A model generated the notes under the pieces. It did not search any database. It saw only the letters and a list, made by a program, of their open reading frames with translations, and was not told the DNA's origin. The translations under genes and the position numbers were made by a program. From the NCBI GenBank assembly GCA_965603825.1, contig CBFDEM010000005.1:682001-746000 (forward strand): a stretch of 64,000 bases of DNA. The letters are read 5' to 3'. Shown here in pieces: positions 36,285 to 46,842 of the stretch (its first letter is position 1; the number at the start of each line of letters is the position of its first letter). The stretch is from Blepharisma stoltei ATCC 30299. Lineage: Eukaryota > Protista > Ciliophora.

Positions 36285-37669
36285 TTTATATTAGTGGATT
36301 TAAATCAAGAAAGATTTAAGAAAGGAATAAATAGTTATTTTAATTATAAATTATATCTGCTGAATAAAATTTTAATCCCCTTATATTAAGTTTAGGACAT
36401 GAAGCTGTAGCCTGAAAAAAGATCTTATAATTAGATTATCTTGTCTAAATTTCAGGCGTTTATAAAGGAATTACAATGGATTTTTTTCGATTTCACTATT
36501 TAAGATATATAAAAAATTAATTAAATTAAGCTGGATATTAAGAAACGGCAGTTGAATCGAAGATATAAAATTTTATTGAATTAAATAAAGATAACGAGAA
36601 AATTTTAAATTCCAACCAGAAAGAAGATTAATTTGAATTAGGCTTGAAATAAAATATGAGAAGAAATATGGAAGACTATAAAGGAAAAATTTTTAAATGA
36701 AATATAAAATTAGTTGGAATTAAGTAAGCTTTATTGGTATGTAATAATCTAATAATATGACTTTCTTGCTATTAAAGATTTTAGTTCTCTCTTTAAAATT
36801 AATACACTTACTTATTTTTTTGTTTATTACGATTTTTCCTATTTTAATAATTTGAATTCAAAATATTTTAATTAAATTAAATTAAAAAGAACTTTAAACA
36901 ATAAAACAATAATTTAATCAAATTAACGCTTAATTATTAGTCTACTGTTGAAATGATAGCTCTATGCTTATACACAAAAGAAATAGTTTGAAAATGATTT
37001 GAATTTGAAGAGATGCAGATATAATTTAATTTAAATTAAGTAGATTTATTTTTATTAATTTAATTTTAGGCATTAAAGAATATTTAAACACTAATTATCT
37101 TATCATTTTTAATTTATCCAATGCCACGATAATAAAATAAAAATGTGGAATTTCTAATTGCATAGGATAGATGGATAAAATAGAACTTAAACTATGGCAT
37201 TAAATATGTTTGAGATCAAGCTAAAATAAAGGGCTGCATCTACTGAGCGATTTATTTGATTTCTCATTTATTTTAATTCTATTCTAATTTTTTATCACAT
37301 TTTTTAAATAATTATTTTTCTGATATATCATTTATTTTAAAACTATGTTCAATAATCATAAAACATAATAAATTCCATATTAATTTAGCCACATTGTACT
37401 CCATTCTTCTATTCCTATTTTATTTAGAATATCCATGGATAAACTAACAAAACTTTTAAAATATTTGCATCTTTAGGCCAATATAGAGAAATAGATTAAA
37501 TATTTTAGAAATAAAAATTATTGATCTGAGCAGCAAGCTCGATATTTTTCTATAATAGCCACAAAGCATTAATACCACTTAAATAATCCAAATAAACAAA
37601 ATCTTTAGTTTATTTTAATCATAAGCATAAATTGCCCCTACAATCTAATAAAGATAATAATCAATTAAG

Positions 37670-39061
37670 ATGGGAAGTGCTTCAAGCAATCATATTATTG
37701 ATATGTCTATTGATTCAGGCTTAATTAACACCTATAAAATTGGAAAGCAGATCGGGATCGGCAATTTTGGAATTGTTCGAAAGGCTTCACTTTTAAATGA
37801 TCCATCCCAATCATTTGCAATAAAAACCATCCAAAAATCGAAGATTAAAACCAATAAGGACTATTTATTCCAAGAAATAGAAATCCTCAAGAAAGTGGAC
37901 CATCCGAATATTATAAAACTTTATGACGTTATTGAAGAACCAGGCTGTTATCACTTAGTAATGGAATTATGCTCAGATGGAGAGCTCTATGACAGGATTT
38001 CTGGACAGGGACACCTTGATGAATCAGAAGCAAAACGGCTGGTAAGACAAATTCTTCTGGCTGTAAACCACTTACATTGCAATGGAATCGTTCATCGAGA
38101 TCTTAAGCCAGAAAATTTTTTATTTGAAGGAAACGAGCTCAAACTTATAGATTTCGGCTTATCAGCATTTTGCACTAAAGGGAAAATGAAAACTATGGTC
38201 GGCTCACCTAATTATGTATCTCCTGAAGTGCTGCATAGCAAATATGATACGAAATGTGATATGTGGGCTATTGGAGTGATTACTTATGTTATGCTTTCAG
38301 GAAGTTTTCCGTTTTATGGGAGGACAAATAAAGAAATTTTTTCAAAAATAATTCCAGGGGATTATCGATTTTCAGAACCTTCATGGCAAAATGTAACTCC
38401 TCAGGCCATAAATTTTATAAGGCAGCTCTTAGTTATTAAACCACAGAAGCGTTTGTCTGCATTTCAAGCGCTGCAGCACCCTTGGCTTCAACAGCCTCCT
38501 ACAGATTTGATAACTTCCAAGCTATTGATCTCTCTAAAAGAATACAACTCAGCATGCTCTTTTAAAAAAGAAATCCTAAGCCTTTTAGCCCGATACTTGA
38601 AATCCGAAGAGATTTCAGATTTAATTCAAATTTTCTTTCAAATAAATAAATCGTGCACTGGGGTCATCACTTTTGATGAATTTTCCAGTTCATTGGAAAA
38701 AATAGATTCACGGCTTCTCGATGTGAAGCGGATTGATATTTTGAAAAAGCTTAAATTTAAAGAAGGGAAAATGAAATACTCAGATTTCTTAGCCTCGGTT
38801 TTGTGCTGTAAAACAATTTTAACAGAAAAAAGACTTAAACAGATTTTTAGGATACTTGATATTGAAAAAAATGGATTTTTAAACGCGGAAAGCTTAATTA
38901 AAGTATTTACGAGGTTTGGAAAATCAAAGGAGAAAGGCGACGTGGAAAAAATGATTGAAGATGTGCACCCTTGGGTTGCTGGACAGGTTAATTTCAATGA
39001 GTTCAAGAAATGCATCATGCCTCTTTTTCGAAGCAAATCAAGGTGAAGCTGCCAATTCTAA
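37670..39061 (+). CDS. Calcium-dependent protein kinase (CDPK)-type kinase with degenerate EF-hands, 463 aa
   Basis: MGSASS start, GIGNFG, HRDLKPEN, DFG, GSPNYVSPE and four EF-hand-like segments. TGA 39044 read through to TAA 39059-39061. Confidence 0.88.
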
Positions 39062-39377
39062 TAATTTTAATAATGTGCAATTATTAGATGTCGAAGCTAG
39101 AGATTGGGAAGAATTTATAATTCAAACTCAAGATAAGCTCTTATACATAATTTTTTCATTTACTCGCCTTTGATTTTGGGGAAATCTATTATCTCTTAAA
39201 TCCTTTGTTTTTGATCGGTATGATAATTTTTTGACAGAAACAAGAATTAAACCTTTTATAAATTTTAGTAATTTAAAAATTTTGCATGAGGGAAAATATT
39301 TTATTTCTCACTATCTAAAGATTATATAATTTCTTTATTATTGTCTTTTTAAATTCAATGATTAAAATCCATATAAT

Positions 39378-40449
39378 ATGAGACAGCTAATAATAAGCTT
39401 AGGAGATCATATCACCAAGTATAAGATTGGGCCACTTGTATTGCTTATTTAGATTCGAACGCTTGGAACAGTTTTGGATATAGTTGGATTTAAAATTTCC
39501 TCAACTGCCTACTTAGAAAACTGTAAAATTTTACATAGATGTCCGATCTCTGCGCAATATTCCTACTGAAACTCACATCCCAGACCTAGGCAGCGCCAAA
39601 TTCATTGCTCCAAACACTTCAATAATCGGCGACGTCAAATTTGGAAAGAATTCTTCATTGTGGTATGGCTCAGTCGCTCGTGGAGACATCCAAAAAATCG
39701 AAATCGGAGATAATACCATAATCCAAGACCTCGTAACAATAAAAAGAAATGACGGGAAAACAGACCCAATTGTTATAGGGAAGAATGTATTTATAGGACC
39801 TGGCTGCAAGATTGGCGGATGCACTCTTCATGATCATAGTTTTATTAGCATGGGGAGCACAATTGAAGATGATTGTGTTGTTGAGAGCTATGGATTTCTA
39901 GCTGCTGGAGCTGTTCTTGCAAAAGGCTCAAAGGTACCATCTGGACAAGTTTGGGCAGGAAGCCCAGCTCATTTCTTAAGAGAAGTCACCAATGAAGAAA
40001 GAGATGCAATCTACGAACATTTCAACGAAACAAGTCAACTAGCCGAAGTTCATCATGAAGAAGCTGAAAAGTCATTTGAAACTGTTTTCTTAGATGATTG
40101 GGAAAAAGATCGCAAATTCCGGAGAAACCACATAGAAACCTTGCTTGACAAGCTGGAAGAGCTAGACATTTCTTCACATGGTCATGATGCCCCAGAAACT
40201 GAGTTTATCCACGGCAACCAAAGATGGAACTACAACGAAAGGCAGCAAACTGAAAAAATAAGTGAGAGGAACTGGAAACCTTTCAATGAAGATGGTGCTG
40301 TATTTCCAGATGAATGGAAAGTTTATGGAGAAGACATGGACAGATATGAAAGGGCCAAGAAGGTATTTGACGCTCCTCCTCCTGCTTATGAAGCTCCAAA
40401 TGCTCCTTCAATCCCTAGAGACCAAACCCCATGGACTAGAAGATATTAA
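39378..40449 (+). CDS. Gamma-carbonic-anhydrase-like protein (mitochondrial complex I CA module), 2 introns, 346 aa
   Basis: IRTLG..LD.VG N-terminus, FIAPNTSIIGDV, WYGSVARGD, IGDNT.IQD and VWAGSPA.FLR hexapeptide repeats. Introns 39438-39452 and 39523-39538. Confidence 0.85.
39438..39452 (+). other. 15-nt intron GTATTGCTTATTTAG
   Basis: Removes in-frame TAG, giving IGPL|IRTLG. Confidence 0.8.
39523..39538 (+). other. 16-nt intron GTAAAATTTTACATAG
   Basis: Restores the frame between the N-terminal exons and the CA domain (YLEN|YVRSLR). Confidence 0.85.
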
Positions 40450-40475
40450 ATAATCATATCTTAGTCATAAATAAT

Positions 40476-41513
40476 TTATTTCATTTCAGTCCATTTAATT
40501 CGTTGCCCGTCTTTAAACTCGCCTTTTCTTTTAGGTCCATTTACATGTCCTACTTCGCCTTGTCCGTGCTGCTTTCCTGCTTTCCATTGACCCGAGTATA
40601 CTCTACCGTCAGGCCAATAAAAGGCTCCGAAGCCTTCTTTTTTATCATTTACATAACTCCCTACATATTTTCTTCCATCTGGCCATCGTAGTTCTCCTTT
40701 TCCATGCATTTTATTAGCTTCCCACTGTCCTTCATATACTCTTTGGTCAGGCCAATGATATCTCCCTAACCCCGAAATTTCATTATTTTTAAAATTTCCT
40801 TCATACCATGCCCCATCTGCAAAATTGAGCTTTCCCTTGCCATTTTTCTTCCCATTGCTATAATGTCCTTCATATCTTGCCCCATCAGGCCACATTTCAG
40901 TTCCATTCCCATCTTGTTTGTCATCTTTTCATTCCCCAACATATTTTGCGCCATTCTTATTAGTATACTCCCCAAATCCATTGATTTTATCATCTTTTCA
41001 TTCGCCTTCATATACGTCTTGTTCTATATGTATAAGTCTTCCAAGCCCATGGGCTTTATCATTATATCATTGGCCTTCATATTTAGTTTGGTCAGAGCTT
41101 ATTTGTGTACCGAGTCCATGACGCTTCCCATCTTTCATCTGGCCTGTATATTTGGAGTCTTCAATTGAGATTTCATCAACTCATTCAACGCCATCTTCTT
41201 CTATTGGAAGAATGATAGCTCCGCGGATTTTTAAAACTCCAGGGTCATCATTCATTTTTGGTTTAAGAGAATTGAGCTCTTTTCTAGCAAGGTAGCCTCG
41301 GGCTGCTGCTTTGAGGACTGGAGAGGAATTTTTTACAGGAGGAGGCTCGGAATTTTGTACAGGACGAGGCTCAGCGTGAAGGATGGGTTTTTCTGTAACA
41401 TTTATTTCGATTTCGTCTACTGCTGGCTCTGATATGTTTCGTGCTGAAACTTGTCCAGGTTCTTCTTCAGGCTTGGAATCACAATTGAAAAGAAAAGCAG
41501 TGCAGTTTCCCAT
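40476..41513 (-). CDS. N-acylated IQ + MORN-repeat protein, 345 aa
   Basis: MGNC start and AAARGYLARK IQ-like motif. TGA at 41181, 41067, 40998 and 40929; the last three are exactly 69 nt apart at the W of YxGxW. Confidence 0.9.
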
Positions 41514-41824
41514 TTAATATTCAAGGAAAATCTGATATATGAAAGGACGTTAAATAAATAAATGGTCTTTTTAAAATCGTTTAGAATATGTAGGAATAAT
41601 TGATGGAGGAATTTATAAAGGTTTTAAAAGTTTTTTTTTATGTTAGCAAGGATAAATATCGGCACAGTGCTGAGTACTTGTCTTTTTGTCTTTAAATGCA
41701 TTTAAAATATATATTTTGAAGCAAAATTTGTCTAATAAATTTTAATCATAAATATCGGCCTAAAAATTTAAAATTTGTAAAATTGTCAAACAGCCCTTTT
41801 TATCTCGTTTACAAATCTACTATA

Positions 41825-42442
41825 ATGTTTCAAACTCCTCAAGATTCTAAACACAAACCAAAATACAACTTTTCTGAAACTTCCCAAAAACAGCGAACTT
41901 CATGCAGAACTATTTTTAAGTCTAAAAGAATTTCAAAAAAACCTTTTCGAAAGCGATTTTCATTAGAAGATTCAAATGAAGTTATCGAAAAAGACCAAGC
42001 CAAAGCAGCGACCACCCCAATTTCATCAAAAATAAACAAAAATATTCCCAGAAGCTCCTTGCCACCAATGAAAAACGTGGATTCAGTATTTACCAAAGTT
42101 GGAGAATGCAGCAAATTATCCTTTATAAACACACCTTTTAAAACATATGGCAAAAGAAAAAGAAGCGAAATTGAGACTGTAGAAATAAAAAATGCAAAAA
42201 AAGAACTTAGACCAGTCACAAAAATCGTAACGGAGCTCTATGATCCGAAGCTGGAAAGGTCTGATTATTATAAATGCTTGAGAGAAGGAGAAGTTAGCAG
42301 TGTGAAGTTGAAGGTTGTAGGCTCAGATTTAGGAATTGATGAAGACTGCTTGACCGATGATGAACAAATTTTAAATTGCAGGCTGCCTTTGTCATCTCAA
42401 CTCGTTGAAGCTATTTTCAATGTAAATGTTGAGGTTCAATAA
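41825..42442 (+). CDS. Hypothetical basic protein
   Basis: Uninterrupted ORF from ATG 41825 to TAA; no recognised domain. Confidence 0.6.
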   Translation: MFQTPQDSKHKPKYNFSETSQKQRTSCRTIFKSKRISKKPFRKRFSLEDSNEVIEKDQAKAATTPISSKINKNIPRSSLPPMKNVDSVFTKVGECSKLSFINTPFKTYGKRKRSEIETVEIKNAKKELRPVTKIVTELYDPKLERSDYYKCLREGEVSSVKLKVVGSDLGIDEDCLTDDEQILNCRLPLSSQLVEAIFNVNVEVQ

Positions 42443-43112
42443 TTTGGTTAATTGTAAGTATTCTATTGTTTTCGTGGAATGTAATAATTTCTTTATTTTA
42501 AAAGAAGTTTTGTTTTATTAGTCTGTTAAATCTTTATAATTAATATTATTATTCTATTTTGATAAAGCTGATGCTGCTCTATGCCGTTTTAATAGGATTT
42601 AAGAATTATAGCTACTTCTTGTTGGTTAAAAATAAAATAATTTCAAAGATATTTGGTCTGAAGCTGGGTTTTATATAAAAATTTGCTTTATTTAAATAGA
42701 CTAAACAATGAAAAACTTTTAAAATCAGTTTCAAAATGCTCCATGAAAATACCAATGAATATTAATAGTGTCCAAAGACTAAAGTCGGCAAATAAATTTA
42801 GATTTATCATCTACACATCAACAAAAATATTTCCAAATAATTTTATTTAACATAATTTTGTATAAATTATAGATTATACTCTCTAAATTAAACTCAAATT
42901 ATTATTTAAAAAATATTTTTTGTTTATAATAAAATAAATTCAATTCCATCATCTAATGCATTTAATTCTTTTCAAAAGTAATATCTTTATAGATAAAAAT
43001 TTTTTTTAATCACATATATTTTAAACCTATCTGCAAGTGTACAGAACTTGAGCTCTATCTCCATCTTTTGTTGACATATTTTATCCTCTAGTGATTAACG
43101 AATTAATTGTTA

Positions 43113-44717
43113 ATGCAGGAAATTAAAATAACTGAAAGTCCAGAACGAACTTCAAGAAGATCAGTAACGCCGCACACCCGGCTTCTATCTTCTGATAATT
43201 TTTCATCAACAAATACCAGATCAGAGACCCCATCTCGAAAAAGTTTGGCATCTGAAAGATATCATCAAAGGAGTACAGTTTTTGACGCCACCATTGAGCA
43301 ATCGTCAATTGACCAAGGTTTTATGACTCCAACCCATGTAACTATAGACTTAAATAGATCTCCTACCAAGCAAAGAATAACAAGGACTTTTTCGTCAACG
43401 GTCTTTTTACCTCCAGAGCCAGTAGTTTTAACGGTCAGTCCATATAAGCCTAAAGATCACAGTGTTCATGATTTATTTGGCAGCGAAGAAATAGAATGGC
43501 ACTCTAAAAGAAACACAATCCCTGGCTATGAGCCTAATTTTCAGCCAAAATACAAAGAAATTAACCCAACGGTCACAAAAAACGAAGACATGTATGGAAA
43601 AGCTTCAGAGTCCTGTGTCCCTAAAAGTGAATTGGAAGAAATTCCTCCCTCAAATTTGACTGCAAAAGATGTGTACATTAAAAGGCATCCTTCTGACAGA
43701 GAAATGAGCCCTTCAGCTAGGAAGTCTCTTGATATAGTATCCCAAGTTTTCCCACAAGAAAATGAAAGGATTAAGAAAGTAACTATAAAAGAAGAACCAC
43801 AAAATAATATAAAATCTATAAAAAGAGAAGAACCTCAAAAAAATGCAAAAATAAGAGAATATAACTCACTCACACCAAGGATTATGAGATCAGAAAGATT
43901 TGAGGAATCACAAAATACCCCTTGCAGGGTTAGGCTGATTAAAAGACCTCACAAATATGATGAGAACACAGAAATAAATATACCAAAAACTACAAGAGAA
44001 AGCCTTGAAGAGCCAAAAGAAGGAATCAAGCCGATTCAAAAGCCTCAGCAAAGCAATGCTCAGTGCCAAGCTATAATCGCTAAGGAGCTCAAAATGAGAG
44101 AGTTAAATCTTACAAATATTCCTTACGTAAAAGATGAGCATAAATTTGAAGATTTTGAGCTCACAGGACTATCTCCAAATACAGATGAAAGAAATATCAG
44201 AGACCTTTGTAAGGGTGTCCATGTTGTAAATATAACCCCTCGCTACAATAATATCACTGGAGAATGCACTGGCTCAGCAATTTTATCACTAAGATATCAG
44301 CCTATGTACAAGTCAATTGAAAATCTCCAATTAAATTGTCTTGAAAAAGGCTTGACCTTATCCCCTTCTAAAAAAGACGTTGGGAAAAAAAATAACTACA
44401 CAGAGCTATCTACAAGAAAATTTTTAGACAATATTTTGAAGCCTGAAGAAAAAAGAATTATTGATAAATACGCAACTCCGAGGGTGCAGAGACCAGATTT
44501 AGTTTCTTCAGATGACGTCTATGGAAGCAGTCCAGGTGTTGGAAGAATCAGTTATTTTACTCCAAAATCGCCTGACAAAATGAGAGCGTCACTGGACTCT
44601 TGAAGCAAGGTAAAAAACACTCCTTGCAAAAGCCCAATGAGGTCGACATCCAGAATGAGAACAGCCAACTTTATGAAAAATACAATTTCGTCCTGTAATA
44701 AACTGAAAAAGGTGTAA
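43113..44717 (+). CDS. Hypothetical low-complexity protein with an RRM-like segment (534 aa)
   Basis: Long ORF extended through TGA 44601 to TAA 44715-44717. LTGLSPNTDERNIRDLC..NNITGECTGSAILSL resembles an RRM-like fold. Confidence 0.65.
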
Positions 44718-44766
44718 ATAACCTAATAATTAATTATTGCAATTTTATCTTTAAGCTTTAGATTAG

Positions 44767-45150
44767 CTAAGAAGAATATTTGATCTTGTAGTCTTTTCCA
44801 CAGTCTGGGTTATCACTCCAGCAATAAAAGTTGTTATTCCACTCTCCTCTAATCTTTTTTAGGTCTCTGGACCATTCAAAATATTCAAAAGGCCTTTCAG
44901 CGTGCTTCAGCATTGCAGGGTTAAGCTTGCAGGTTCCTTTTTCGATTGTATAGTAACTAAGGAAAGAAAGCACAGGAAACATAGCTATGGTTACAAGAAA
45001 GAAAAACTGGCCTGTGTTTTTCAAAGATGTATCTATCATTCGATACTTGGTGTATGCAAAGTTCAGTCTTCTAAATGGTCCGAGTGTTGGCTGCCACTTC
45101 ATCAGCTCAGCAGTGTCCATACCTCTTGGATCTGGTCTATATTTCACCAT
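44767..45150 (-). CDS. Small single-TM membrane protein of unknown function
   Basis: 127-aa ORF, one TM (FFFLVTIAMFPVLSFLSYY), aromatic/Cys-rich C-terminus; all Trp codons are TGG. Confidence 0.7.
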   Translation of the reverse strand: MVKYRPDPRGMDTAELMKWQPTLGPFRRLNFAYTKYRMIDTSLKNTGQFFFLVTIAMFPVLSFLSYYTIEKGTCKLNPAMLKHAERPFEYFEWSRDLKKIRGEWNNNFYCWSDNPDCGKDYKIKYSS

Positions 45151-45461
45151 TTTAAAGTTTATTGAGAAGATTTGAGATATTGTCTAAAATTAATTTAATG
45201 GGTTTGTCATTGTAAATATTATCAATGGCTAAGTCGAAAAAATACAGTCAGGAGCATATCATCTGAAATCTTTGGCTATTCCTGGGCTAATTCTTTTTAT
45301 TTATTATGCAATTAGAAATAAAATTAGGAATGCATTTTTCTTTAGAAAATATTTTTGGATTTTATAGCTAATCGTGCAATTCCATTTATTAGATTTTTTT
45401 AATAAATGCTAATCAGTTTATAAGCACTGATATTTATTAAATATATTTTTACACTTTGATC

Positions 45462-46832
45462 CTATATCAAAGCTGAGCTGTTTGGCGGAGGTGTTGTAAA
45501 TTGAACTTGATTTCCTAACACTTTTTCTTCTGATTTAGACTTAGTTTCCTGAATTGTTTTTTTCCTCTCATTTTTTGTTTTTGACTTGCATAATTTCGCC
45601 ACAATTGCATTTACTTTAAGACTGGTCCTAGTTGGGATTCTTTTAATGTGCAAAAATGAAATAATTTTGCTTAAATCTGGCCTTGGTGTTAAGTCCTCTA
45701 CATTATTACTTCTAAAATACAGTTCAGAGTTTTCCGCAGTTAACTCAGAAATTCTTTTTTCTAATTCTTCACTTCCGTCATAAGCTTGTTTTAACTTAAC
45801 TACTAAATTTGTATAAGATGCCATCACATTCTCATATTTGGCTTTTAATTCTTTGTGCTCTTTTTCTAATTTTTGGTACTCAGTGTAGAAATAGTCATAG
45901 TCAAGTTCAGTTCTTTTAACTTGCCATTCTAGATCTTTTATAATTTCTTTTTCATTGCTATTGGTTCTTCTGACTTTTTGGACAGTTATTTCCATATCAG
46001 TTGATTTTTTTACATAAAAGTTCAGCTCTTCTTCAATTTTTTTAAACTCAATCAGCAAATTTGCAGTTTCTTTTTCAGAGTCCTCTTTAGCTTTAGTTAA
46101 ATCAAATATGGTTTTGTTTAATTGGTTAATTAAAGCCTCTTTATCTTCTATTTCTTTCATTAATTTTCCACCTTTATTTGAGCTTATTTCTTTGCTTTTT
46201 TCATATTTAATTTTCAGTTTTGAAAATCCATCTGCAAGTGTCTGATAAAGATAAAAATATGGAATTACTTTATCACTATTGGAAATAAGATAAATATTTT
46301 TATCGTGGAGATGGTCTAAAATATAAGTATTGATGTCTTCTTTTTCAATAAAAATTGCCCTGTTTAAAAAATCCATAATTATTTTAGCTTCATTTTGATA
46401 CTTCACTTCATTCCTTAGTAATATTTCAACAGATTTTAATACAGCATTTACCATTTTAAGAGTTATCTCTTTTCCAGTCTCTTTATGAAGAGCTTCGATA
46501 TTAATCATAATATCATTTTTGGCTCTTTCATTGCTTTTCTTCATATATTCTTCATCACGGCTTTCATCATTATTTTTCAGCGAAATTCGGCTTTCTCTAT
46601 TTTTTAATAGAGCCTGCTTTAATTCATCAAATATCGGCTTTTTCTTAAGAAAATCCATTCTTTCGACAGATTGGCTTCCGTTTAATTTTTTGCGATTTGT
46701 CTTAACTCTAGTTAAATCTTGTTTTATTTCCGACAAATTAGAAGCTCTCTGATTAGTTTCAAAGCCACTCGTTAAGTTATTAGGATTGGCTGCAAGATGA
46801 ATAGCAGGAAAATAAAAGTCTTTTGCTTCCAT
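45462..46832 (-). CDS. Coiled-coil protein, TSNAXIP1-like
   Basis: Long heptad region ending ELYFR...DLTPRPDL; first true ATG 46832. Confidence 0.55.
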   Translation of the reverse strand: MEAKDFYFPAIHLAANPNNLTSGFETNQRASNLSEIKQDLTRVKTNRKKLNGSQSVERMDFLKKKPIFDELKQALLKNRESRISLKNNDESRDEEYMKKSNERAKNDIMINIEALHKETGKEITLKMVNAVLKSVEILLRNEVKYQNEAKIIMDFLNRAIFIEKEDINTYILDHLHDKNIYLISNSDKVIPYFYLYQTLADGFSKLKIKYEKSKEISSNKGGKLMKEIEDKEALINQLNKTIFDLTKAKEDSEKETANLLIEFKKIEEELNFYVKKSTDMEITVQKVRRTNSNEKEIIKDLEWQVKRTELDYDYFYTEYQKLEKEHKELKAKYENVMASYTNLVVKLKQAYDGSEELEKRISELTAENSELYFRSNNVEDLTPRPDLSKIISFLHIKRIPTRTSLKVNAIVAKLCKSKTKNERKKTIQETKSKSEEKVLGNQVQFTTPPPNSSALI

Positions 46833-46842
46833 AATTGTAAAA

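Noticed and set aside
36285-37669. Long AT-rich spacer as a retained IES, MITE or ncRNA
   Set aside because: No terminal inverted repeats, ORF or structured-RNA motif visible; reads as divergent promoter DNA.
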